Positions 20,318 through 31,072 are shown, counted from the stretch's first letter. The stretch is 64,000 nucleotides of DNA from Methanobrevibacter sp. (GCF_017410345.1 NZ_JAFQQZ010000017.1:667-64666); one strand, 5' to 3'. Notes: generated from the sequence alone by a model not told the origin. Made by a program: numbers and translations.

Positions 20318-20689
20318 ATGGACGCTAAAGAAGAATATTTTTCCAATATTTCAAATAGGGAAAGGGCAATATTCGAAGGAGCCATCAGTATGGGGGCATT
20401 GTTCCATCAATTTGTAGGAACTCCTTTCAATAAGACAAATATTGCAAGTTTGGAAAAGGCTATGGAGGAATCCTTTGCTTTGCAGCCATGCATTGATAAG
20501 GTGGAAGTTTCCATTGATTTGGATAGATTGGATAAGGCAATGACGGAATTTGAATACACTTCCCTCAGTGGAGACATGCTTGACGTCAAGATCTATTCCA
20601 AAGTGGATGATGTTTTAGCCATTATTAGAATCAAGTTCATTGAGGAACTCAATTATCCTTTGATGTTTGTTGAGGAGATAATCGAGTAA
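20318..20689 (+). CDS. mptD: archaeal dihydroneopterin aldolase (DUF381)
   Basis: RERAIFEGAISMGALFHQFVGTP, EFEYTSL, ELNYPLM. Confidence 0.92.
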   Translation: MDAKEEYFSNISNRERAIFEGAISMGALFHQFVGTPFNKTNIASLEKAMEESFALQPCIDKVEVSIDLDRLDKAMTEFEYTSLSGDMLDVKIYSKVDDVLAIIRIKFIEELNYPLMFVEEIIE

Positions 20690-20741
20690 ACTCTTTTCTT
20701 TTTTATTCTCATTTATTTTTTTAATATTTTTCCTATTTTTC

Positions 20742-20812
20742 TTATTTCTAATTATTTTCCATTTTTTATTATTTCTAATTATTTTCCATTTTTTATTATT
20801 TCTAATTATTTT
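20742..20812. repeat. 27-bp tandem repeat, about 2.6 copies
   Basis: TTATTTCTAATTATTTTCCATTTTTTA at 20742 and 20769, partial copy at 20796. Confidence 0.9.
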
Positions 20813-21003
20813 TACCCATCTCTTATTTTATTTTCTTTTTTAAAAATCTAAATAATTTGGTTAATTATACTAAATTATTTAAATAAACAACACCATATAT
20901 ATTATTATTATGATTTATATCTTGGAATCATTATAGTATTTAAGGTATATTCAATTTTAAAATAATTATTTCATTATTTAATTAGAGAATGTGAGTTGAT
21001 TAA

Positions 21004-21210
21004 ATGATTATTATAGATTCTAAGCTTTGTAAGGGATGCGATATTTGCATAGCTACCTGTCCTAAAAAAGTTTATTCAAAATCTGATAAGGTAAACACAA
21101 AGAATGTCTATCTTCCTTTCCCGGAAAATGAAGAGGCATGCACTAGATGTGGCTTATGTGAATTGTCATGTCCTGATCAAGCTATATATGTTGAAAAAGA
21201 GGTGGAATAA
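21004..21210 (+). CDS. korD: 2-oxoglutarate:ferredoxin oxidoreductase delta subunit (2x[4Fe-4S])
   Basis: CKGCDICIATCP and CTRCGLCELSCP; abuts korA. Confidence 0.92.
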   Translation: MIIIDSKLCKGCDICIATCPKKVYSKSDKVNTKNVYLPFPENEEACTRCGLCELSCPDQAIYVEKEVE

Positions 21211-22341
21211 ATGGCAGAAGAGCGTTTTGTTCAAGGAAATGAAGCTTGTGCATTAGGTGCAATAGCTGCAAACTGCAGATTCTTCGCAGGCTATCCAATT
21301 ACTCCATCTACTGAAATTGCAGAACAGATGTCCATATTGCTTCCAAAGCATGGAGGCTCATTTGTTCAAATGGAAGATGAAATCGCATCTGCAGGAGCTA
21401 TCATCGGAGCTTCCTGGAGTGGTATGAAAGCAATGACCGCCACTTCAGGTCCGGGTATTTCCCTAATGCAGGAAAATATCGGTTATGGATTCATTACAGA
21501 AACTCCTATTGTAATTATCAATGTTCAAAGAGGTTCCCCTTCAACCGGTCAGCCTACCATGTCTGCACAGGCAGATATGATGCAGGCTCGCTGGGGTTCC
21601 CATGGGGATTATGAGCCTATCGCTTTAGCCCCTTCATCCGTTCAGGAATTCTTTGATTTCACTGTCAAGGCATTCAATTTGGCTGAAGAGTACAGAGTGC
21701 CTGTAACTGTTCTTGCCGATGAGGTTGTCGGGCATATGAGAGAAAAATTGGTAATTCCTGATAAGGTTGATATCGTTGCCCGTAAAAGACCTGAAAAGGT
21801 TGATGGCCAATACTTGCCATTCGATGCTCCTGAAGATGGAACCACCCCTATGCCTGCATTTGGTGACGGATTCAATATTCACGTTACCGGTCTCACTCAC
21901 GATGAGAGAGGTTATCCTGATACCAACGATCCGGACACCCATCATAAATTGGTGGAAAGATTATGCAATAAGGTATTGATGCACAGAGATGAAATCTGTT
22001 CCGTCAAAAAGGAATTATGTGATGATGCGGATATTGTAGTTGTTTCCTGCGGTTCTCCATACCGTTCTGTTGGAGCTGCAATGAAAAAGGCAAGGGAAGA
22101 AGGCATTAAGGTAGGATCCCTTAAGATTGACACTCCATGGCCTTTCCCAGAAGAAGAGATTTATGAGATTGCCAAAACCGCAAAGGACATCATTGTTCCT
22201 GAAATGAATTTAGGTCAAATGGTTCATGAAGTTGAAAGGGCTTCCAAAGGAGAAGCCAATGTTCATTTGATTGGCAAGATTGGAGGAACCCTCCATAAAC
22301 CTGATGAAATTTACGATAAGATTAAGGAGATCAATGAATAG
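21211..22341 (+). CDS. korA: 2-oxoglutarate:ferredoxin oxidoreductase alpha subunit
   Basis: AGYPITPSTE, QMEDEIAS, ATSGPG, QRGSPSTGQPT. Confidence 0.93.
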   Translation: MAEERFVQGNEACALGAIAANCRFFAGYPITPSTEIAEQMSILLPKHGGSFVQMEDEIASAGAIIGASWSGMKAMTATSGPGISLMQENIGYGFITETPIVIINVQRGSPSTGQPTMSAQADMMQARWGSHGDYEPIALAPSSVQEFFDFTVKAFNLAEEYRVPVTVLADEVVGHMREKLVIPDKVDIVARKRPEKVDGQYLPFDAPEDGTTPMPAFGDGFNIHVTGLTHDERGYPDTNDPDTHHKLVERLCNKVLMHRDEICSVKKELCDDADIVVVSCGSPYRSVGAAMKKAREEGIKVGSLKIDTPWPFPEEEIYEIAKTAKDIIVPEMNLGQMVHEVERASKGEANVHLIGKIGGTLHKPDEIYDKIKEINE

Positions 22342-22349
22342 GTGGTAAA

Positions 22350-23210
22350 ATGGTAGAAAAGGAAAGCCCATATAAAAAATATCTCAGAGAAGAAAGATTG
22401 CCACATATATTCTGTCCAGGTTGTGGAAACGGTACTGTAATGAGCACTTTCTTTAAAGGTTTGGAAGGAACAGACATCGATTTTGATAATGTTGCGATGG
22501 TTTCAGGTATCGGATGCTCTTCAAGAATTCCAGGTTATGCTAAATGTGATTCCCTTCACACCACACACGGAAGAGCATTGAGCTTTGCAACAGGATTGAA
22601 GGTAGGAAATCCTGACTTGGATGTTGTTGTATTCACTGGTGACGGGGATGCGGCATCCATTGGAGGAAATCATTTGATTCATGCTGCAAGAAGAAACATC
22701 AATTTAACTGTTATCTGTATCAACAATAACATTTATGGTATGACCGGTGGTCAAATCAGCCCTACTTCCCCTAAAGGAAGTTTCGGTACCACTGCACCTT
22801 ACGGTTCAAGGGATATGCCGTTTGACTTGGCTGAGCTTGTAAGTGCAGCTGGCGCATCATATGTTGCCAGATGGACTACCACTCATCCGATGCAATTGTC
22901 CAAGGCAATTCAAAAAGGTTTGGAAAATGATGGTTTCTCATTCATTGAAGTTGTTTCCCAATGTCCAACTTACTTCGGACGTAAGAACAAGATGAAGACT
23001 CCATTGCAAATGTTTGAATACATCAAGGAAAACAGCGTCAATAAGAGAAGAGCTGAAAAGATGGATGAAGCGGAATTGGAAGGAAAAATCATCGTTGGAG
23101 AATTTACCAACAATCCACATGATGAATTGACTGACAATGTCAAGAAATTGGTTGAAGAGAATTCAGATAAGCCATTGGCTATCAAATCTGCATTTGAGGA
23201 GTTGGATTAA
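22350..23210 (+). CDS. korB: 2-oxoglutarate:ferredoxin oxidoreductase beta subunit
   Basis: FCPGCG, SGIGCS, HTTHGR, TPP motif GDGD...NNNIYGMTGGQ. Confidence 0.93.
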   Translation: MVEKESPYKKYLREERLPHIFCPGCGNGTVMSTFFKGLEGTDIDFDNVAMVSGIGCSSRIPGYAKCDSLHTTHGRALSFATGLKVGNPDLDVVVFTGDGDAASIGGNHLIHAARRNINLTVICINNNIYGMTGGQISPTSPKGSFGTTAPYGSRDMPFDLAELVSAAGASYVARWTTTHPMQLSKAIQKGLENDGFSFIEVVSQCPTYFGRKNKMKTPLQMFEYIKENSVNKRRAEKMDEAELEGKIIVGEFTNNPHDELTDNVKKLVEENSDKPLAIKSAFEELD

Positions 23211-23211
23211 A

Positions 23212-23757
23212 ATGAGAACAGAAGTTCGTATAGCTGGTTTTGGTGGTCAGGGAGTTATCATGGCAGGAGTCATCATTGGTAAGGCCGCTTCTCTCTTTGA
23301 CAATAAGAATGCAGTTCAAACCCAATCCTACGGTCCTGAAGCTCGTGGTGGAGCTTCCAGAACTGAGATTGTAATCAGCGATGAGGAAATTGACTATCCG
23401 AAAGTTTCAAGCCCAGACATTCTTGTTGCAATGTCCCATGAGGCTTTAATCAAATATATGGGTGACTTGAAAGACGAAGGTGTCTTGATCATTGACCCAG
23501 ATATGATTGTTGAAGAGGAGATAGTCGATTTTGTGAAGGAACATAAGATCAAGCTTTATCGTGCACCTGCAACCAAGACAGCAACTGAGGATGTGGGCCT
23601 CAGGATTGTGGCAAACATTGTCATGATTGGTGCAATTGTTAAGGTTACAAATCTTGTTTCCGTTGATGCTGCAAAACAAGCTATTTTAGACAGTGTTCCA
23701 AAAGGAACCGAAGATAAAAACATTCAAGCATTTGAAGCAGGATACGCTTTACTCTAG
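23212..23757 (+). CDS. korC: 2-oxoglutarate:ferredoxin oxidoreductase gamma subunit
   Basis: ATG at 23212 right after the korB stop; GFGGQG, SYGPEARGG. Confidence 0.93.
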   Translation: MRTEVRIAGFGGQGVIMAGVIIGKAASLFDNKNAVQTQSYGPEARGGASRTEIVISDEEIDYPKVSSPDILVAMSHEALIKYMGDLKDEGVLIIDPDMIVEEEIVDFVKEHKIKLYRAPATKTATEDVGLRIVANIVMIGAIVKVTNLVSVDAAKQAILDSVPKGTEDKNIQAFEAGYALL

Positions 23758-24107
23758 AATCTTTTATCTTTTTCTTTTTTTTATTTTTTTAATTTATTCT
23801 ATTTTTTAATATTCTATTTTTCAGTATTTTATTTTAATTTATTCTATTTTCCACTATTCCATTTTTTAATCTTGATTTTTTTCAATTTATTTCAAATTTT
23901 TATAAATAATTTTAATAATAAGGAAATACATATAAATTAATGATTTAAAATAAATAGTTCTATTAAAAGGATTATAAAGAATGATTCATGGGACAATTTA
24001 TTGATTTTTATAGTATTTTATTTTTATTCATAAGTATTTTTAAAATTATACGTATCTTTAAAATTTAATTTTTATAATTTTCATGCTTATTAGTTAGAGT
24101 GAGAAAA

Positions 24108-25232
24108 ATGAAGTTTTTTGAACATAGTGCAAAAAAAGTATTTGAAAGTGAAGGAATTAAAATTTTAGAAGGGCATGTTGTATACTCTCCTGAAGAGGCA
24201 ATGGAAGTGGCCACTGAATTCGGCAGACCTATTGTACTCAAATCTCAAGTGCTTGTTGGTGGAAGAGGCAAGGCAGGAGGTATCAAGTTTGCAGACAACC
24301 CTGGTGAAGCATATGAAATAGCTAAAGAGCTATTGACACTTGAAATTAAAGGTGAAGAAGTAAAACATTTGCTCATTGAAGAAAAGGCAAACATTCAAAG
24401 GGAATTCTTCTTAAGTGTTTCAAATGACAGAGCCAACAGAACTCCAATCATCATGGCAAGTGCTGAAGGTGGAGTGGAAATCGAGGAATTGGCTAAGACA
24501 TCACCTGAAAAGATCATCAGGTATAATGTAAACCCACTCAAAGAGTTCTTGCCTTATGAAGCTCGTGAAATAGCTCGTAAAATGGGTGTTGGTTCTGAAT
24601 TGATGTCTCAAATCGGAGCCATCATTTGGAAACTGTATAATGTTTATGATAAGTATGATGCTGAAATTGCTGAAATCAACCCTCTTATCTTAACTGATGA
24701 CGGATTGATTGCAGCTGACGCTAAACTTGAAATTGAAAATGATGCCTTGTTCCGTCACCAAGATCAGGTAAAGCAAAACAGGTTCAAGCAAAAGGACTTT
24801 GCTTTTGTAAAGCTTGATGGAGACATTGCAGTAATCGGAAACGGTGCTGGATTAACCTTGACCGGTATGGATATGGTTACATTGTTCGGCGGAAAACCTG
24901 CAACTTTCCTTGATATCGGTGGAGGAGCCTCTGATGAATCCATCAAAAAGGCTTTGAACTTGGTTTTAAACTATCCTCCTGTTAAAGTAGTATTCCTTAA
25001 CGTTTTAGGTGGTATTACAAGAGCGGATGATGTTGCAAGAGGTGTGATTGCAGCATTGGAAGACAATAAATGGGATGTTAACATTGTAACCAGACTTACA
25101 GGTACCAATGAAGAGGAAGGTCAAAGACTATTGGATGAAGCAGGCATTCCTTATGAGATCTCATTGGAAGAAGCTGCTAAAAAAGCAGTTGAAATGTGCA
25201 ATGAAATAAAAGCAAAAGAAGCAGGTAAATAA
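24108..25232 (+). CDS. sucC: succinyl-CoA synthetase beta subunit
   Basis: KSQVLVGGRGKAGGIK, EINPL, GNGAGL, FLDIGGGA, RLTGTNEEEG. Confidence 0.95.
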   Translation: MKFFEHSAKKVFESEGIKILEGHVVYSPEEAMEVATEFGRPIVLKSQVLVGGRGKAGGIKFADNPGEAYEIAKELLTLEIKGEEVKHLLIEEKANIQREFFLSVSNDRANRTPIIMASAEGGVEIEELAKTSPEKIIRYNVNPLKEFLPYEAREIARKMGVGSELMSQIGAIIWKLYNVYDKYDAEIAEINPLILTDDGLIAADAKLEIENDALFRHQDQVKQNRFKQKDFAFVKLDGDIAVIGNGAGLTLTGMDMVTLFGGKPATFLDIGGGASDESIKKALNLVLNYPPVKVVFLNVLGGITRADDVARGVIAALEDNKWDVNIVTRLTGTNEEEGQRLLDEAGIPYEISLEEAAKKAVEMCNEIKAKEAGK

Positions 25233-25338
25233 TTCTTTTCTTTTATTTTTTCTATTTTTTATTTTCTCTTTTTTTCTTTAATCAGAATTTTTTCTTATTC
25301 TAAACTTTTTTTTACAATTTTTCAAAATCATATTTAAA

Positions 25339-25396
25339 TAAAATTAGATTAGGGTAAAATTAGATTAGGGTAAAATTAGATTAGGGTAAAATTAGA
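25339..25396. repeat. 16-bp perfect tandem repeat TAAAATTAGATTAGGG, about 3.6 copies
   Basis: Units at 25339, 25355, 25371 and a partial unit at 25387. Confidence 0.97.
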
Positions 25397-25407
25397 CTTA
25401 ATATTTA

Positions 25408-26322
25408 TTATTCTAACAAGACAACTCTGCTGACTTCAGACTCTTTTGTTAGTTCCCTTCCTGTCTTGTCAGCTATTTCCTGTGCGAAATCACGGACATC
25501 CTGGTGTGATGGCATATTGTCAAGGCTTAAGCGTTTTCTGGAAGATCCTACGAACATATATGCTTTCACTTCAACATATGTAGGGTTTGCTTTGTTGATT
25601 AGATTTGCATAACCTTCGGTGTTAATCATGTTTTTGCCCTTAACTGAGGTAATTCGTATAGCTGTATTATTCTCAAAACTGTTCATCAATTCAAGAGTAT
25701 TGTTTAAATTGTTCCAAGCATTGTTTATTTGAGGGTTGCAAAGCTCTTTATACACTTTTTCGTTAGGTGCATCCAAGGAAACATATAGTTGTGTCGGTTC
25801 GTTGTCAAGGTTTCCAAGCTTTTCCCAATACATTCCATTGCTCACTAGGAAAGTTGTGAAATCCTGTCTGTGAAACTCTCCAATAAGCTCATCGATTTCA
25901 GGGTATAATGTCGGTTCCCCTGCAAGGGAGATTGCAGCGTTTGTTGGCTTTTTGGATTCCTCAAGCTTTTTCCTGTCTACTTTTTTGTTTCCACCAAATC
26001 CGCATAGAAGATTGTTCTGTGCCTTGATGGCTCCTTCAATGATTGTTTTCGGATCATCATATTCTCCCTCCCATTCAACTCTAGTTTGGCTTAAGTCTCT
26101 CCAACAGAATGAGCATTTTTGATTGCAGAATGGTACGGCTGGAGACATCTGGAGGCATCTATGTGATTTGACACCATAGAATTGCTCTTTATAGCATACT
26201 CCTTCATTCACCATGCTTTTTCTGGTCCAATGGCATGTCTTTACAGCGGCATGTCCATGCTCTCCTACAAATCTATAGCCGCTGTATTCCAATTTTGCCT
26301 GTTCTTCTTTAGTAAATGTCAT
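25408..26322 (-). CDS. taw1: tRNA 4-demethylwyosine synthase (radical SAM)
   Basis: VKTCHW, HRCLQMSP, CNQKCSFCWR, ISLAGEPTLY, EVKAYM. Confidence 0.96.
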   Translation of the reverse strand: MTFTKEEQAKLEYSGYRFVGEHGHAAVKTCHWTRKSMVNEGVCYKEQFYGVKSHRCLQMSPAVPFCNQKCSFCWRDLSQTRVEWEGEYDDPKTIIEGAIKAQNNLLCGFGGNKKVDRKKLEESKKPTNAAISLAGEPTLYPEIDELIGEFHRQDFTTFLVSNGMYWEKLGNLDNEPTQLYVSLDAPNEKVYKELCNPQINNAWNNLNNTLELMNSFENNTAIRITSVKGKNMINTEGYANLINKANPTYVEVKAYMFVGSSRKRLSLDNMPSHQDVRDFAQEIADKTGRELTKESEVSRVVLLE

Positions 26323-26520
26323 GATAATCCTTTAGTATTTTTTTCTTGAATTTGAATAATTTAAAATAATTTAAATATAATCAATTATATATATTTTATT
26401 AAAAGAATCAATAATTTTTAGAATAATTTATACTAATAATTTTTTTGATTATTCTATTTATTATTTATCATGATAAGAAGTAAATAATCTATTAATTATA
26501 GTCGTTAAGGAGGATTTGAT

Positions 26521-27195
26521 TTGAGTCTTAAAACACCTGTTGTTATATTGAATTTTAAAACTTATTTGGAATCCAGCGGTAAAAAAGCTTTGGAATTGGC
26601 TGAAGCTTTAGAAAGTGCTGGAGAGGAATCTGGAATTACTATGGTTGCTGTGCCACAGGCTATTGACATTTATAGAATCAAGGATGAAACCAATATCCCT
26701 GTATTGTCCCAGCATATAGATGCTGTGTCTCCAGGCGGTCACACCGGAAGCAATTTGTTTGAAAGTTTTGTAGCAAGCGGTATTGACGGAACCTTATTGA
26801 ATCACTCTGAATGCAGAATGACTTTAGCGGATATTGCTGAAATTGTCAAAAAGACTAAAGAGGCAGAACTCATTTCCTGTGTCTGTACCAACAATATTGA
26901 AACAAGCGTTGCAGCTGCCACATTCTCTCCTGATTATGTTGCAGTGGAACCTCCTGAACTTATCGGTACTGGAATACCTGTTTCAAAGGCAGACCCTGAA
27001 GTTGTGGAAGGCAGCGTATCTAAGGTTAAGGCCATCAATAAGGATGTGAAGGTCTTATGCGGTGCAGGCATTTCCACTGGCGAGGATATGGCGGCAGCTA
27101 TTGAATTAGGTGCTGAAGGAGTTCTATTGGCTTCTGGAATCATTAAGGCGGAAAGCCCTAAGGATGCATTATTGGATTTGGTAAGTAAGATTTAA
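26521..27195 (+). CDS. tpiA: triosephosphate isomerase, archaeal type
   Basis: NFKTY, NHSE, AVEPPELIGTG, GVLLASG; TTG start after AGGAGG. Confidence 0.97.
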   Translation: MSLKTPVVILNFKTYLESSGKKALELAEALESAGEESGITMVAVPQAIDIYRIKDETNIPVLSQHIDAVSPGGHTGSNLFESFVASGIDGTLLNHSECRMTLADIAEIVKKTKEAELISCVCTNNIETSVAAATFSPDYVAVEPPELIGTGIPVSKADPEVVEGSVSKVKAINKDVKVLCGAGISTGEDMAAAIELGAEGVLLASGIIKAESPKDALLDLVSKI

Positions 27196-27217
27196 TTGAA
27201 TAATTTTGAGTGAAAGT

Positions 27218-28447
27218 ATGGCTAATTTTAATACTATCGATGATTTTGATGTAAACGGCAAGACAGTTTTGGTCAGAATTGACATCAATTCTCCTGTTGA
27301 TCCTAATTCCGGAATTATTTTAGATGACACTCGTATGAAATTGCACGCTGAAACCATTAAGGAATTGTCCTTGAAAGGTGCTAAAACTGTTATTCTCGCT
27401 CACCAAAGTCGTCCGGGTAAAAATGACTTTACCACATTGGAACAACATGCCACCGTTCTATCAAAAGCTCTCGGTTTGGAAGTTAAATATGTTGACTCAT
27501 TGTTTTCATCTGCAGCAAGAGAGGCTATCATTGCCTTGGAGCCAGGTCAGATATTGCTTCTTGAAAATGTCAGATTCTTCTCAGAAGAGCAATTGAAACG
27601 TTCTCCTGAAGAGGAAGCCACTTCTGTGCTTGTCAAGACTTTAACTCCATTGGTTGACTATTTTGTCAATGATGCTTTCGCAGCGGCCCACAGGTCTCAA
27701 ACCTCATTAGTTGGCTTTACAAGAACTGTCCCATCTGCAGCAGGCAGAGTGATGGAGAGAGAATTGACCATAATAGGGGATGCATTGGAAAATGTGCAGC
27801 ATCCTTGCGTCTTTGCATTAGGAGGTATGAAGGCTGATGATTCAATTATGGTAACTGAAAATGTATTGGAAAACGGTACAGCAGATTATGTTCTTGTATC
27901 CGGTCTGGTTGCAAATATATTCATTTGGGCAGCAGGATATGATATAAAATCCACTAATAAGAACTTCATTGAAGCTAGAGGATACCTGGACATGGTAGAT
28001 AAATGTAAGGACCTCATTGAAAGGTTTGGTGATAAAATAGTTTATCCTACTGATGTTGCAGTCAGTGTTCAAGGTGACAGGGCTGATGTGCCTGTAGACA
28101 ATATCCCTGATGCTTCCATTTTTGACATTGGCAGAGAATCATTGATTACCTATTCCAAGATAATCCGTGAAGCGAAAACCATTTTTGCAAACGGTCCTGC
28201 CGGTGTGTTTGAAGACCCTAAGTTTGCAATAGGTACTGAGGACATCATAAATGCAATCGCTTCTTCAAAAGGATTTTCAATCATTGGTGGCGGACATATT
28301 GCAGCAGCTACTGTCAATTTGGGATATGGCGATAAGATGGATCATATCAGCAGTGGTGGTGGAGCTTCCATTGATATGTTGGCAGGCAATCCATTACCTG
28401 CAGTTGTAGCTCTTGAAGAGTCTAAGGATTTGTTTGATAATCAATAA
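27218..28447 (+). CDS. pgk: phosphoglycerate kinase
   Basis: RIDINSP, AHQSRPG, LLENVRF, NDAFAAAHRS, SSGGGA. Confidence 0.97.
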   Translation: MANFNTIDDFDVNGKTVLVRIDINSPVDPNSGIILDDTRMKLHAETIKELSLKGAKTVILAHQSRPGKNDFTTLEQHATVLSKALGLEVKYVDSLFSSAAREAIIALEPGQILLLENVRFFSEEQLKRSPEEEATSVLVKTLTPLVDYFVNDAFAAAHRSQTSLVGFTRTVPSAAGRVMERELTIIGDALENVQHPCVFALGGMKADDSIMVTENVLENGTADYVLVSGLVANIFIWAAGYDIKSTNKNFIEARGYLDMVDKCKDLIERFGDKIVYPTDVAVSVQGDRADVPVDNIPDASIFDIGRESLITYSKIIREAKTIFANGPAGVFEDPKFAIGTEDIINAIASSKGFSIIGGGHIAAATVNLGYGDKMDHISSGGGASIDMLAGNPLPAVVALEESKDLFDNQ

Positions 28448-28672
28448 TTCATTCCTTTTTATTTATTTAAATTCAATAAATTATCTTTATTTTTTTTATT
28501 CTTTTTTATATTTTTATATTCTTTTTTATTATTCCCTTTCTTTATTTCATTAACACTTATTTTCATAAAGAATTTATAATGAATAATCATGATAAATTAC
28601 AACAAACTTTATAAATATTGAAGTAAAATATTAGTATGTTGTAAAAAAAATTTAAGATTTTAAGGTTATAGA

Positions 28673-29572
28673 ATGACAGATGAAATTATAATTAAAGACA
28701 ATGAAAATGTAAAAAATATATTAAATGGATTTCCAGATGCTTTAAATAATGTTAAGGAGATTTCTCCTTTGACTTTTTGCATAACAAATTTTGTGACAGT
28801 TACCGATTGCGCTAATGCGGCATTGGCCATTGGAGCATCACCAATCATGTCAAATGGTGCTGAAGAGGGCGGAGAGATAGTGAATATTGCCAATGCTCTT
28901 GTAATAAATATTGGAACATTAAGCAAAAGTCAAAATGAATTGATGAGAAACAGTGCAGACAAGGCAAAAGAAATAGGCAAACCTATCATATTCGATCCTG
29001 TAGGGGCTGGAGTAAGTTCCCTCAGAAATGACATGACAAAGGAAATTGTTGAGAATTATCCTCTTGCATTGGTTAGAGGAAACATGTCTGAAATCAAAGC
29101 CATTGCAAAATTAATTGCACTTGATGAGAATAATGATTCTGCAGGAAAGGGAGTTGATGTTGCAGAAAGTGACATCATTTCCAAGGACACCTTAGAGTCT
29201 AACGCTTCTATCGTAAAGAGTTTGGCTAAAGAGTTAGATGCAGTAGTCATCGCAAGCGGGCCAATCGACATTATATCAGATGGAGATCTAACCTTTGGTC
29301 TTGAAAATGGTGATGAGATGATGCCCCTCATTACAGGAAGTGGCTGTATGCTGACTACAATCATCGGTTCATATGTAGGTGCGAATGACCCATTGATTGG
29401 AGGAATCACAGCTTGTGCCTTAATGGCAGTTGCAGGGGAAAACGCTGCTGAATATGTAAGGGCAAATGATTTGGGAACAGGCAGTTTCAGAACATTATTA
29501 ATGGATAACTTATATAAATTAGATGCTGAAGACTTAGTGGAAAGAGCTAATTTATTTGAAATAAGTGTTTAA
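28673..29572 (+). CDS. thiM: hydroxyethylthiazole kinase
   Basis: ITNFVT, AIGASPIMS, DPVGAG, VRGNMSEI, ITGSGC. Confidence 0.95.
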   Translation: MTDEIIIKDNENVKNILNGFPDALNNVKEISPLTFCITNFVTVTDCANAALAIGASPIMSNGAEEGGEIVNIANALVINIGTLSKSQNELMRNSADKAKEIGKPIIFDPVGAGVSSLRNDMTKEIVENYPLALVRGNMSEIKAIAKLIALDENNDSAGKGVDVAESDIISKDTLESNASIVKSLAKELDAVVIASGPIDIISDGDLTFGLENGDEMMPLITGSGCMLTTIIGSYVGANDPLIGGITACALMAVAGENAAEYVRANDLGTGSFRTLLMDNLYKLDAEDLVERANLFEISV

Positions 29573-29635
29573 ATAATTTCTAAATAATTTCTAAATTTTT
29601 TAAATTATTTTTTTAAAATTTTACAAGATGATTAA

Positions 29636-30265
29636 ATGATAAAAAAAGATATTAATTATTCAGTATATTTGGTTACAGACCATAGGGATAAAACCGATGA
29701 GGAATTCCTGAATATTATAGGGGAAGCCATTAAGGGAGGGACCACTGTTGTTCAGCTTCGTGAGAAAACCGCTTCCACCAAGGATTTCTATGATTTGGCA
29801 TTGAAGGTTAAGGAAATCACCAGCAAATATGATGTTCCATTGTTGATCAATGATAGGATTGACATAGCTATTGCAGTGGATAGCGAGGGGGTTCATATTG
29901 GTCAGGATGACATGCCTGCAGATATTGCTCGAAGGATTATTGGTGAGGATAAGATTTTGGGAGTTTCCGCTTCAACAGTTGAAGAGGCTAAAAAGGCAGA
30001 GGCTGACGGTGCAGACTATATTGGCTCCGGTGCGGTATTTCCTACAGCCACCAAAGATGATGCGGATTCGGTCTCAAAAGAGGAATTGAAGGAAATCGTT
30101 GATTCGATTGACATTCCTGTGGTGGCCATTGGAGGCATTACTTTAGAGAATGCAGATACATTGAAGGATACTGGAATTGCGGGATTTTCTGTAGTCAGTG
30201 CTATCATGAACGCTGAAGATCCAAAAGATGCTTCCAAAAAATTAAGAGAGATTTATTTCTCTTAA
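29636..30265 (+). CDS. thiE: thiamine-phosphate synthase
   Basis: VQLREK, INDRIDIA, GVHIGQDD, TATK, AIGGI. Confidence 0.96.
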   Translation: MIKKDINYSVYLVTDHRDKTDEEFLNIIGEAIKGGTTVVQLREKTASTKDFYDLALKVKEITSKYDVPLLINDRIDIAIAVDSEGVHIGQDDMPADIARRIIGEDKILGVSASTVEEAKKAEADGADYIGSGAVFPTATKDDADSVSKEELKEIVDSIDIPVVAIGGITLENADTLKDTGIAGFSVVSAIMNAEDPKDASKKLREIYFS

Positions 30266-30387
30266 TTCTTTTTAATTCTATTCAATAGTAAACTATTTAA
30301 ATGATATTTTACTAATTACTATTGTTGAATATCTTTTAATATTCAAGTTTTATTTTTCTAAACTTATTTTTATTTTAATTTTCAATT

Positions 30388-30464
<77 letters not shown>

Positions 30465-30517
30465 TAAATCTTAATTTTTATTAGATTTTTTTGCATATTT
30501 TTTAGAAAAATTGCTTT

Positions 30518-30534
30518 ACCAAAACATTTATATA
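30518..30534 (+). promoter_or_regulatory. BRE/TATA promoter upstream of tRNA-Pro/Tyr
   Basis: ACCAAAAC followed by TTTATATA, about 45 nt before the mature tRNA; similar element at 30813. Confidence 0.6.
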
Positions 30535-30574
30535 TTATGGTAATATAAAATAATTATGTTGCACAATAATTTTG

Positions 30575-30650
<76 letters not shown>

Positions 30651-30661
30651 CTCGTATCTAT

Positions 30662-30734
30662 CCCGTCTTAGCTCAATTGGCAGAGCGTTGGACTGTAGAT
30701 CCAAATGTTGCTGGTTCAAGTCCGGCAGACGGGA
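30662..30734 (+). tRNA. tRNA-Tyr(GUA)
   Basis: C1:G72 acceptor CCCGTCT/AGACGGG, TTGGA-CTGTAGA-TCCAA. Confidence 0.96.
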
Positions 30735-30812
30735 TTTTTATTATTATATTTTCCACTATTTTAATTTCATGAATTTTTTAATTCATTTTTCCAATGATTA
30801 AAATGGATATGT

Positions 30813-30828
30813 GGAAACATTTATATAT
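30813..30828 (+). promoter_or_regulatory. BRE/TATA promoter upstream of tRNA-Asp/Lys
   Basis: GGAAACATTTATATAT, about 50 nt before tRNA-Asp. Confidence 0.6.
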
Positions 30829-30875
30829 AATAATAAATATATTATTTTAATGAGTATAACTTACTCGCATAGTTT

Positions 30876-30947
30876 GCCCTGGTGGTGTAGGGGCTATCAT
30901 GTGGGCCTGTCGAGCCCGCGACTCGGGTTCAAATCCCGGCCAGGGCG
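30876..30947 (+). tRNA. tRNA-Asp(GUC)
   Basis: GCCCTGG/CCAGGGC acceptor, TGGGC-CTGTCGA-GCCCG. Confidence 0.96.
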
Positions 30948-30997
30948 CTTAACTATAAGTTAAGTACGATAGCCATATGAAATTCATTTGTTTAATC

Positions 30998-31072
<75 letters not shown>

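Noticed and set aside
24108-25232. sucC without adjacent sucD
   Set aside because: Separation of the two subunit genes is not unusual in methanogens; sucD may lie outside the window.
25339-25396. CRISPR or telomere interpretation of the TTAGGG-containing repeat
   Set aside because: The units are head-to-tail with no spacers; TTAGGG is a chance sub-word of a 16-bp unit.
28448-28672. Possible TPP riboswitch upstream of thiM-thiE
   Set aside because: The region is almost pure A/T, and no CTGAGA/GC-rich TPP aptamer core is visible.
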